A stretch of 29,346 nucleotides of DNA from the NCBI GenBank assembly GCA_027306845.1, contig DAHUYY010000001.1, positions 1-29,346 of the forward strand, read 5' to 3'. This document shows positions 9,448-16,924 of this stretch, piece after piece. Below the pieces are notes generated by a model. The model did not search any database. It saw only the letters and a list, made by a program, of their open reading frames with translations, and was not told where the DNA came from. Position 1 is the stretch's first letter; each line of letters opens with the position of its first letter. Source of the stretch: Vulcanimicrobiota bacterium (GTDB lineage: Bacteria > Vulcanimicrobiota > Vulcanimicrobiia > Vulcanimicrobiales > Vulcanimicrobiaceae). The position numbers and the translations under genes are program-made.

Positions 9448-10037
9448 CGGGCGTGCACGTCGCCTATCGCATCTTCGAACCGATCGAACTTGAGGTGGAG
9501 TTCGATATCGCCGGAGTGACGGTGCTCCTCGGTGCAAACGGCGAAGGGAAGAGCACGATTCTTCGCGCGCTCGCCGGGCTGCTGGCGGCGGAGGGCACGC
9601 CGTTCTCCGGGCTCCCCCCGCAACGGCGGCCGATCGCCTATCTCCCGCAAGAGCACTTGCTTTTTCCGCACCTGCGTGCGTGGGAGAACGTCGCGTTTGC
9701 CTTCGACGAGCGCACCCATCGGCGCGAACGGGCGCTCGCATTACTCGCCCGATTCGATATCCAAGAACTTGCCGAGCGATTTCCGCACCAACTCTCCGGC
9801 GGCGAGCGCCAGCGGGTTGCCATCGCGCGGGCGTTCGCACGCCGGCCGCAACTCGTGCTCTTCGACGAACCGACCTCCGCTCTCGATAAAAGTGCGCGCG
9901 AGGCTTTTCTCTCGACCGCACTTCCAGCGCTCCGTGACGCCGGAATTCCGACGCTCGCCGCCACGCACGATCCCGCGTTGGTCGAGGTCGCCGATTGCAC
10001 CGTGCTGCTGCGCGATCGTAAAATCGTCGTCGCGTAA
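9444..10037 (+). CDS. ABC transporter ATP-binding protein (ModC-like, no C-terminal TOBE domain)
   Basis: ATGA-coupled start at 9444 (197 aa); Walker A GANGEGKS, LSGGERQR, Walker B LVLFDEP, H-loop ATHD. Confidence 0.88.
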   Translation: MTGVHVAYRIFEPIELEVEFDIAGVTVLLGANGEGKSTILRALAGLLAAEGTPFSGLPPQRRPIAYLPQEHLLFPHLRAWENVAFAFDERTHRRERALALLARFDIQELAERFPHQLSGGERQRVAIARAFARRPQLVLFDEPTSALDKSAREAFLSTALPALRDAGIPTLAATHDPALVEVADCTVLLRDRKIVVA

Positions 10038-10049
10038 AGCAGCACCGCC

Positions 10050-10140
10050 GTCATCCCGAGTAGCTGCCGAAGGCAGCGTATCGAGGGAGCGCTTCTCGCG
10101 CGCCTCGATACGGGCGCTAAAGCGCCCTACTCGGCGTGAC
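10050..10140. repeat. REP-like inverted doublet, copy A (91 bp)
   Basis: GTCATCCCGAGTAG-[CTGCC GAA GGCAG]-CGTATCGAGG ... CCTCGATACG-[GGCGCT AA AGCGCC]-CTACTCGGCGTGAC: two copies of one unit in inverted orientation, each with an internal hairpin; lies between convergent genes. Confidence 0.9.
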
Positions 10141-10149
10141 AGTATCTCC

Positions 10150-10238
10150 ATCACCCCGAGTAGGCGCACCGCTGTCATCCCGAGTAGGCGCACCGCTGTC
10201 ATCCCGAGTAGCTGCCGAAGGCAGCGTATCGAGGGAGC
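10150..10238 (+). repeat. Three tandem copies of the REP left end (24-bp period), the last continuing into a complete single unit
   Basis: ATCACCCCGAGTAG at 10150, GTCATCCCGAGTAG at 10174 and 10198, separated by the identical 10-mer GCGCACCGCT; 10190-10238 matches 10042-10090 at 48/49 nt. Confidence 0.9.
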
Positions 10239-10247
10239 ATTGCGCGG

Positions 10248-11417
10248 TTATTTAATCACGTGCCAATCGTTCATCACGTATTGAGCGCCGCTCTGCGTGA
10301 CCGTGAGCGTGCCGTCGCCGAAGGCATCGACGGCAAAGGTCGAGACCTGCGAGCCGGAGCTATTGGTGAGCACGCCGCTGATGAAATTGCTGCTGGTCGG
10401 CGGCTGCGAGGTATTCGTCGTTACGTTCAGCGTATCGCCGTCGACGAGTTGTGCGTTGGTAACGCTGAGATTTTCGAGCAAGCCGGCCTTATAGGTAGCG
10501 GTGATCGGAATCGAATAGGTGCCTTTGCTCGTTCCGCCGGTCAGCGTGAAATCCGGCGTCGAGATCGGGCAAGAAGTATTTTGCGTTCCGGTCGCGATAT
10601 TGAGCGCGCCGATTCCGCCGACATAGCTGGTACCCGATTGCGTGCCGCTATAGGTGACCGAGCCGTCGCTGTTGAGGGTTCGCGTTCCACCGGGGAGATC
10701 GCCGCCGGCCCAACCGAAGGTTTCATTGAGCGAGGAGATTCCCGTTGCGTTAAACCCGGCGCTATCGCCGCAGTAGGCGCTTGCCCCCGCATTGGCCGCG
10801 CCGATGCTGTATTCGGCACTCGATTCGATGCTTTTAATTCCGGTGAGATTGAGCGTGCTCGTCTGGATGCGGTCGAAACCGTCGGCGACGATGGGATAGC
10901 CGTTATTGCCGAAGGTCGCATTCGAGATCGTCACGTTGTCGCTGCGCACCGAGCTGGCCGTGTTGTTTCCTTGCGGGTACTGCGATACGGTGCGCGAGAC
11001 GCTCTCGGCATTGGTGCCGATGACGGTATACTTGCGCACGGTGTCGCGCGCGATCTGCGTGCAAGCTTGATCGTAGAAGACGATCCGCTCGCTGGAGTTG
11101 GCGTCGCCGTTTTTATCGGGCACGAAATACTCGACGCCGTTATTGCATTGTCCGTTGGTGACCGCTTGCGCGCCGCGCCCGACCGTTGCGAGCGGGCTGC
11201 CGACGCCGCTCTCGACGCTGTTGAGCGTCTTCACCGGTGAGCCAACGGCGTTCGCCGATGCAATCGAATCCTCCGATTGCGTTTGCGCGCTTTGCGGCGC
11301 AGAGCCCGTGCTTCCCGATGGGCTTCCGGGGATGCTCGGGGCGCTGCCGGAGGCTCCGCCACCGCATCCGGCGAGCAAGAGTGCAGCAAGAGCTGCATAG
11401 ACTACTTGGTTGCGCAT
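10248..11417 (-). CDS. Uncharacterised lipoprotein
   Basis: 389 aa; lipobox LLAGC at residues 14-18, Ser/Gly linker, then a Thr/Ser/Asn/Gly-rich mature domain; GAGGAG RBS. Confidence 0.8.
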   Translation of the reverse strand: MRNQVVYAALAALLLAGCGGGASGSAPSIPGSPSGSTGSAPQSAQTQSEDSIASANAVGSPVKTLNSVESGVGSPLATVGRGAQAVTNGQCNNGVEYFVPDKNGDANSSERIVFYDQACTQIARDTVRKYTVIGTNAESVSRTVSQYPQGNNTASSVRSDNVTISNATFGNNGYPIVADGFDRIQTSTLNLTGIKSIESSAEYSIGAANAGASAYCGDSAGFNATGISSLNETFGWAGGDLPGGTRTLNSDGSVTYSGTQSGTSYVGGIGALNIATGTQNTSCPISTPDFTLTGGTSKGTYSIPITATYKAGLLENLSVTNAQLVDGDTLNVTTNTSQPPTSSNFISGVLTNSSGSQVSTFAVDAFGDGTLTVTQSGAQYVMNDWHVIK

Positions 11418-11500
11418 GATCTTCTCCTCGATTCGTTTTAGAAAGTTACGGCTACGAACAGAAGTCTAGGCGAAACGAAATACGCAATCTTTAGAACGAC

Positions 11501-11533
11501 ATGAGAACGCCCGCGTGAAGCGGGCGTTCTCAT
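11501..11533. terminator. 14-bp perfect hairpin, possible terminator or RNA-stabilising stem
   Basis: ATGAGAACGCCCGC-GTGAA-GCGGGCGTTCTCAT, 35 nt downstream of the stop at 11569; no clear U-tract. Confidence 0.5.
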
Positions 11534-11568
11534 CCGATTCTCACGTTCGCGAGCGAACGCTTCCTCAA

Positions 11569-12228
11569 CTACATTGCGTCGGGGCGGCCCATTGCATTGA
11601 AGTGGTAGACCGCCGCGAGATCGTGCATCGCCTGGGTTAACACGGCGTGGTAATCCGCGTCGGCCGCGATGCCGAATTTCGCGTCGATATCCTTCATGAC
11701 TTGGACGTGAATGGGGTGCGAGACGGCGCGATCGAGCAAGACCTCAACGTTGAAGCCGCGCCCGGTCTGTCCGGCGGCCCAGAGCGCTCCGGCGAGTGCC
11801 TTTCCGTCGTTAGGGTTCGGGCTCGGCGTCTTCGGCAGTGCGATATGTTTTGCTGTGACGATTCGTAATGAATCGGCGACAACGAAGTTGAAGACCTTGA
11901 GAAACGTGGCTACTTTATTCGCTCCGAACTTTTTATTCAGCGAAGCGACTTCCGCACCGGTCTTCGCACCGGCGAGACGCTTCACCAGAGCGAGCGAACT
12001 GAAGTGCGCCGGGCCGCCGCCGGCGACGATCATCGAGAGCGTGACGGGAAGCGCCGGAGCGCCGGTATAGACGCCGGGGCCGGAGAAGCGCGAGGGAGAG
12101 GTCGTGACGTTTGGAAGCAATTTGCCGTGCGACATCATCATGTCGCCGCTCATGCTGCTCGCCGACGCGATGCCGGTGAGGGTGGCGACGCCGATCGCGA
12201 TCGCCAGAAAAGTTCGTTGGAGTTTCAT
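11569..12228 (-). CDS. Uncharacterised secreted protein with a Met/His-rich N-terminus
   Basis: Signal peptide MKLQRTFLAIAIGVATLTGIASA, then SSMSGDMMMSHG. ATG 12228 chosen for the signal peptide; ATG 12279 (GGAGG, short spacing) is an alternative. Confidence 0.75.
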   Translation of the reverse strand: MKLQRTFLAIAIGVATLTGIASASSMSGDMMMSHGKLLPNVTTSPSRFSGPGVYTGAPALPVTLSMIVAGGGPAHFSSLALVKRLAGAKTGAEVASLNKKFGANKVATFLKVFNFVVADSLRIVTAKHIALPKTPSPNPNDGKALAGALWAAGQTGRGFNVEVLLDRAVSHPIHVQVMKDIDAKFGIAADADYHAVLTQAMHDLAAVYHFNAMGRPDAM

Positions 12229-12300
12229 CGGTAAAATTTCGTCCTTTCGCAGGGTAGAGGCGTAGACGTGTCTCGCCATCTGCCTCCCTAACGGGCGAAC

Positions 12301-12747
12301 TTACCGCTTGGATTGGAGATTCTCTAACTCGGCAATCGCGCTGCGATCTTCGGAATCCTCGCTCGGGAGTTCCGCGAACCACGCATCGAAGATCTCTCCC
12401 AGCACGGCTGCGCTCGTCGAGCGCAAGCTCGCACAGAGAACGTTCGCATCGTTCCAGCGGCGAGCGCCCGCGGCGGTCGGCGCATCCCAACAAAGCGCGG
12501 CGCGGATGCCGCGAACCTTGTTTGCCGCAATGCTCACCCCGGTGCCCGTCCAACAGAATAGAATGCCGCTCGTGCAGAGCCCCGATGCAACCGCCTCGCC
12601 GACCGCTCGGCCGACGCCGGGCCAACCTACCGGCGCGCCTTCAGCGAGCGCTCCGAACAAACGCAGCTCGTGCCCCCGTCGCCGCAAATCTTCGCAGGCA
12701 AACAGAGCCGTTTCGTGCCGTTCATCGCTTCCTACCGCAACGATCAT
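12301..12747 (-). CDS. RpiB/LacA/LacB-fold protein, divergent
   Basis: 148 aa from ATG 12747 (GAAGGAGG RBS); GILFCWTGTGVSIAANKVRGIRAA and NDANVL. Confidence 0.85.
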   Translation of the reverse strand: MIVAVGSDERHETALFACEDLRRRGHELRLFGALAEGAPVGWPGVGRAVGEAVASGLCTSGILFCWTGTGVSIAANKVRGIRAALCWDAPTAAGARRWNDANVLCASLRSTSAAVLGEIFDAWFAELPSEDSEDRSAIAELENLQSKR

Positions 12748-12807
12748 CGCTTCCTCCTTCGTACCCGGCATAGGACGGATGCGCTACGGCAGAAAAGGAG
12801 GCCTGCG

Positions 12808-13611
12808 ATGAGCAAAATTCCTAGAGCCGCCACCGTGATGCTTCTGCGCGATATCGAAGGCGAGCCGCAGCTCTTCCTCGTGCGCCGTACCGCGAAGAGC
12901 GCGTTCGCACCCGACGCCTACGTCTTCCCGGGCGGAACGGTCGATCTCGCCGACACGCTTCCCGCCCTTCACGCACGCATCGACGGCGCCGCCGCGCGCG
13001 AGACGGGTGCGCTCTTCCGCGAGACCCGCACTGAGGCGCTGCCGACCGATGTCGAACACCCGGGCCCGCTCGAGCGCGCCTCGATTCTCGCAGCGGCGCT
13101 CCGCGAGCTCTTCGAGGAATCCGGCCTTCTGATGGCGTTTCCCCGCGACGACGCAGCCCCTCCGCCGAGCGCGGAGCAGCGCGCGACATGGCGGGCCGCA
13201 CTGCGCTCCGGCAGTATGAGTTTCCTCGATATTTTGGAGCAAGGCGATCTCATCGCCGCGGGTAGTGCGTTGGCGCTGTTTTCGCACTGGGTGACACCGC
13301 CGGGCGAACCGCGGCGCTACGACACCTATTTTTTTATGGCGATCGCACCGCCCGGACAGGTGGCAACTGCGGATCGTAGCGAGACCCACGACGGGCGCTG
13401 GCTCTCGGCGAAGGCGGCACTCGCGGCCTACCGCGCCGGCGAACTCAATCTCGTCTACCCCACGATCAAGCATCTCGAACGCCTGATCGACTGCGAAGAC
13501 AACTCGATTGCGATGCGCCTCGCGCTCACGAAACCGGTCGTAACGATTCAGCCGACGATGCACCCCGACCGCGGATTCGTCATGCCGTCGCATCTCGAGA
13601 ACGTGTGGTAG
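12808..13611 (+). CDS. Nudix hydrolase, NUDT19-like (split Nudix box)
   Basis: 267 aa from ATG 12808 (AAGGAGG RBS); RAATVMLLRD, YVFPGGTVD..[insertion]..AALRELFEESG, HWVTP..EPRRYDTYFF, YPT. Confidence 0.87.
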   Translation: MSKIPRAATVMLLRDIEGEPQLFLVRRTAKSAFAPDAYVFPGGTVDLADTLPALHARIDGAAARETGALFRETRTEALPTDVEHPGPLERASILAAALRELFEESGLLMAFPRDDAAPPPSAEQRATWRAALRSGSMSFLDILEQGDLIAAGSALALFSHWVTPPGEPRRYDTYFFMAIAPPGQVATADRSETHDGRWLSAKAALAAYRAGELNLVYPTIKHLERLIDCEDNSIAMRLALTKPVVTIQPTMHPDRGFVMPSHLENVW

Positions 13612-14525
13612 ATCGCGTCGCACTCTTGCGCGCGCCGAACCCCTCGGCGATGACGCTCGATGGAACCAACACCTGGGTTCTCGCCTCGCGCACCGGTGAG
13701 GCGATTTGCATCGATCCCGGACCCGCAATTCCAGCACACGTCGAGCGCATCGTCGCATATCTCCGCGAGCACGATCTCGTTTTGCGCGCGATCGCGCTCA
13801 CGCACGGACACCCCGATCACGCGCCCGCCGCGCCGCTTCTCGCCGCGGCGACCGGCGCGCGGACGTACGCTCACCGTTATTCGGCGGCTCAGCACGATGA
13901 GATGCTCGACGATAACGACGAGCTTTCTTTCGGCGATCTGCGACTCGTCGTTATCGACGCCCCCGGCCACACGCTCGAACACCTCGTTTTTTACGAACGT
14001 GAGAGCGCGACGCTCTTTACCGGCGATACGATTTTAGGAAGCGGCACCGTCGTGATCGCGCCGCCCGGCGGTGCGATGCGCCCCTATCAGGCAACGCTGC
14101 GACGATTGCTTGCCGAGTTCGGCGATGCGCGCGCGATCTGTTGCGGGCACGGACCGATCGTGACGGAAGCGCGAGCGAAAATCGAAGAGTATATCGCGCA
14201 TCGAGAACGACGCGAGGCCGAACTCCTCGCAGCACTTGCGGCGGGGACACAAACGATTCCCGATCTCGTCGAACGCATCTATCGCGATGCCGATATGCGG
14301 CTCTGGGCGGCGGCGGCGCGGCAGATGCTCGCCTATCTCATCGCTCTCGAAGAAGAGCACCGCGTGCGAGCCGTACGGCTCGACCGGCCGCTCACGCAAC
14401 GCGAACATGCGATCCTCAACCCCGATTGGGTCAACGTCGTCGGCGCGGAGCATGCACCGCTGGTAGAAGCCGAACTCGGCGCGCAATTGCGGCTCGACGC
14501 GATCTACGAATATTCGGTTTTGTAG
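13605..14525 (+). CDS. MBL-fold metallo-hydrolase, LACTB2-like
   Basis: 306 aa; APNPSAMTLDGTNTW, THGHPDH (HxHxDH), PGHT, FTGD, GHG; 7-nt overlap (GTGGTAG) with the Nudix gene. Confidence 0.88.
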   Translation: MVDRVALLRAPNPSAMTLDGTNTWVLASRTGEAICIDPGPAIPAHVERIVAYLREHDLVLRAIALTHGHPDHAPAAPLLAAATGARTYAHRYSAAQHDEMLDDNDELSFGDLRLVVIDAPGHTLEHLVFYERESATLFTGDTILGSGTVVIAPPGGAMRPYQATLRRLLAEFGDARAICCGHGPIVTEARAKIEEYIAHRERREAELLAALAAGTQTIPDLVERIYRDADMRLWAAAARQMLAYLIALEEEHRVRAVRLDRPLTQREHAILNPDWVNVVGAEHAPLVEAELGAQLRLDAIYEYSVL

Positions 14526-14600
14526 GTTTTTCGTTGACGTATCGCTCGGCTGGAGAGGCGACGCGAATAGCCGCTTTCGATGCGCCACCTCTCCAATGGG

Positions 14601-14960
14601 CGGGAATTCTTGTTTCGTTTTCCCCTCTCTCAAGCGAAAAAACGTTGCGATGTTAATTGCGAGGGTTCCGCCAATCAGTGCTATTAACCCGCTGTTAGCA
14701 ACTCCGGGCGTTGGATGCTCGATAAACAGCGTAGCCACCAAAACCGCGAGTCCGTACAAAAAAGAAATGGCGCCGATGATGTATGCGCCGACGTATTGAT
14801 TAATCATATTTTTTCTCCATCACTATTGCTGCTAAAATTTACAACCTTGGAGAGCTGCGTTATTTTGATCATCTTTTAGTTGCATTTACAATTTCTTTCA
14901 GATGAAGCAAAGTTGATGGACCGGCCCGCTTCCTGTTTGTACGCGCTAACTCCTTTTACA
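14601..14960 (-). other. AT-rich islet carrying the 5' part of a small two-TM membrane-protein ORF (ATG 14807)
   Basis: Hand count: about 30% GC over 14791-14900 and about 50% over 14601-14790. GGAG RBS 7 nt before ATG 14807; two hydrophobic segments in the first ~57 codons; the frame then runs antisense into the MBL gene. Confidence 0.55.
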
Positions 14961-14988
14961 TTAAGGGCGCATTCACGGTCGGGAGCCG

Positions 14989-15990
14989 CTACGGAATGGC
15001 AACCACGACCTTGCCGAAATTCGCTCCCGATTCGAGACGCTCGACGGCGGCAACGATATCCCGCAACGGGAAAACCGCGCCGACGACCGGTTCGATGCGT
15101 TTATCGGAGACCAGTGCGAGCATCTCGCGAAAATCCTCCGGGCTTCCCATCGAGGAACCCAAGATGTCGAGTTGCTTCCAGAAAATAGAGAACGGGCGAA
15201 TCTTCGCATCGCCGCCGGTACCGCCGTAGATCGCGACCCGCCCACCCGGGCGTACGAGATCGAGAATCCGCGCAAACGTCTCACCGCCCGATCCGTCGAT
15301 CGCCGCATCGATCGGCCCGACGCCTTTGAGCGCTTTGAACCACTGCGGATCGGCGGCGTAATTGACCGTGACGTCGGCACCAAGCGCGCGCGCGCGTTCG
15401 AGTTTTTCATCGCTACTTGACGTCACCACCGCGCGAGCGCCGATCGCTTTAGCGAACAGCAGCGCAAAACTCTGCACGCCGCTACCGATGCCGGGAATCA
15501 ACACCGTCTCGCCGGCCCGCAAACGCGCGCGCGTTACGAGCGCTCGATACGCCGTAAGCCCCGCGAGCGGCAATGCTGCCGCGTGTTCGATATCGAGATG
15601 CGCGGGCTTTGCATGCACGTTCTCCGCCGGGACGCAGACGAATTCCGCGAGCGTACCCGGGTGCGGCATTCCGAGAATCCCACTGCCTTCGGCCCAAATC
15701 CGGCGGTTCGGGCCCCAACCAAGCATGGGATCGAGCACGACCTCATCGCCGCATCGCAGCCCCGAGACCCCCGCCCCAATCGCCTCGACCTCCCCGCAGC
15801 CGTCGGAGCCCGGGGTACAGGGAAGCGCGATGCCCGGATAGAGGCCGCGGGTGATGAATGCGTCGCGCCGGTTCAGGGCGGCGGCGCGGAGACGCACGCG
15901 GATCTCCCCGGCGGCAGGTTCGGGCGCGGGCATCTCCTCGACGCGTAAGTGCGACGGGTCCCCAATGCTATGTAATCGAGCGGCAATCAT
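14989..15990 (-). CDS. MDR-superfamily zinc-binding-dehydrogenase-like / NAD(P)H:quinone oxidoreductase
   Basis: 333 aa from ATG 15990; AALNRRD, PGSDGCGEV, LPLAGLTAYRAL, GIGSGV, GSSMGS, FGKVV. Confidence 0.88.
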   Translation of the reverse strand: MIAARLHSIGDPSHLRVEEMPAPEPAAGEIRVRLRAAALNRRDAFITRGLYPGIALPCTPGSDGCGEVEAIGAGVSGLRCGDEVVLDPMLGWGPNRRIWAEGSGILGMPHPGTLAEFVCVPAENVHAKPAHLDIEHAAALPLAGLTAYRALVTRARLRAGETVLIPGIGSGVQSFALLFAKAIGARAVVTSSSDEKLERARALGADVTVNYAADPQWFKALKGVGPIDAAIDGSGGETFARILDLVRPGGRVAIYGGTGGDAKIRPFSIFWKQLDILGSSMGSPEDFREMLALVSDKRIEPVVGAVFPLRDIVAAVERLESGANFGKVVVAIP

Positions 15991-16068
15991 AACGCTCGCC
16001 CTACGCGCTCGCAGTCGCGCGCACCTATCGCAGGTCGCCCCGGAACGCGGCGCCAACCTCGCACTTGT

Positions 16069-16311
16069 ATGAAAATCGGCTCCGCACTCAAAGGGCTCGC
16101 AAAGCTTCAGCGCTCCTTCGATCTCCGCGTCGGCCCGATCCGGGCAAGCGGCATCCCGGCAATTTTGCTCGGAACCGCCGCGGTCGTGCTCGCCGCCGGG
16201 GCGGCGCGCGCACTCGTGCGTGCAGGGGAGGCCCTTCCCGAAACGCTTCGCGAAGCCAAGGGGTTAGCACAGTCGCTGCGCGATGCGCGCCCCACCCACC
16301 TCAACCCATAA
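16069..16311 (+). CDS. Small hypothetical membrane protein
   Basis: 80 aa with one hydrophobic stretch (IPAILLGTAAVVLAAGAA); fills the gap directly ahead of bolA; no clear RBS. Confidence 0.55.
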   Translation: MKIGSALKGLAKLQRSFDLRVGPIRASGIPAILLGTAAVVLAAGAARALVRAGEALPETLREAKGLAQSLRDARPTHLNP

Positions 16312-16319
16312 GAGAATTC

Positions 16320-16556
16320 ATGATCGATAACGCCTCCCTCACCGCCCTCGTGCGCGCCGCCATGCCCGATGCACGCGTCGCGATTCACGACCGAACCGGC
16401 ACGATGGATCACTTCAACGTCGAAGTTATCTCCGCAGCATTTGCCGGCCTCAATCCACTCGACCGCCATCGGTTAGTCTATCGCGCGCTCGATGCGGCGC
16501 TCAAAGACGGGCGCATTCATGCCCTCGAAATCACCACGAAACTTCCGGAGAACTAA
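16320..16556 (+). CDS. bolA: BolA family protein
   Basis: 78 aa from ATG 16320; DHFNVEVISAAFAG...RHRLVY.AL, IHALEI. Confidence 0.9.
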   Translation: MIDNASLTALVRAAMPDARVAIHDRTGTMDHFNVEVISAAFAGLNPLDRHRLVYRALDAALKDGRIHALEITTKLPEN

Positions 16557-16558
16557 CA

Positions 16559-16915
16559 ATGTCCGACGCACTGCAAGGCGAGATCGCCGAAGAGATCGCC
16601 GCCCACAAAATCCTCGTCTACGGAAAAGGGACGAAAACGATGCCGCGTTGCGGTTTCACCCTCGAGACGATCGAATTTTTCAACAACTTCGGCTATCCGT
16701 TTGAAGTGATCGACGTGCTCGAAAATATGCCGAAGCGCGAAGCGCTGGCGAAAATGACCGATTGGCCGACGCTGCCGAAGGTTTTTATCGACGGTAAGTT
16801 TTACGGCGACACCGATATTCTCGGGCCGATGGCCGAGAACGGCGAGCTCGCGACGCTGTTGGAAAACGCATTCGGCTATCGCGCGGAGAGCAAGCCCGTC
16901 ATCAATCTCCGCTAA
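16559..16915 (+). CDS. grxD: Monothiol glutaredoxin (Grx4/GrxD-type, CGFT active site)
   Basis: 118 aa; KG...P.CGFT, WPTLPKVFIDG; directly after bolA. Confidence 0.85.
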   Translation: MSDALQGEIAEEIAAHKILVYGKGTKTMPRCGFTLETIEFFNNFGYPFEVIDVLENMPKREALAKMTDWPTLPKVFIDGKFYGDTDILGPMAENGELATLLENAFGYRAESKPVINLR

Positions 16916-16924
16916 CGCAAACGC

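Noticed and set aside
10137-10147. TGACAGTATCT identical to 11 nt of the operator at 391-401
   Set aside because: Formed by the REP terminus TGAC plus flank, lacks the second half-site and lies between convergent genes; probably chance.
9532-10284. 250-aa plus-strand ORF containing RRTAVIPS repeats
   Set aside because: Overlaps the ABC ATPase in another frame; the peptide repeat is just the 24-bp REP-end array read in frame.
14551-14595. Terminator after the MBL gene (TGGAGAGG...CCTCTCCA)
   Set aside because: Only an 8-bp stem around a 29-nt poorly paired interior, with no U-tract.
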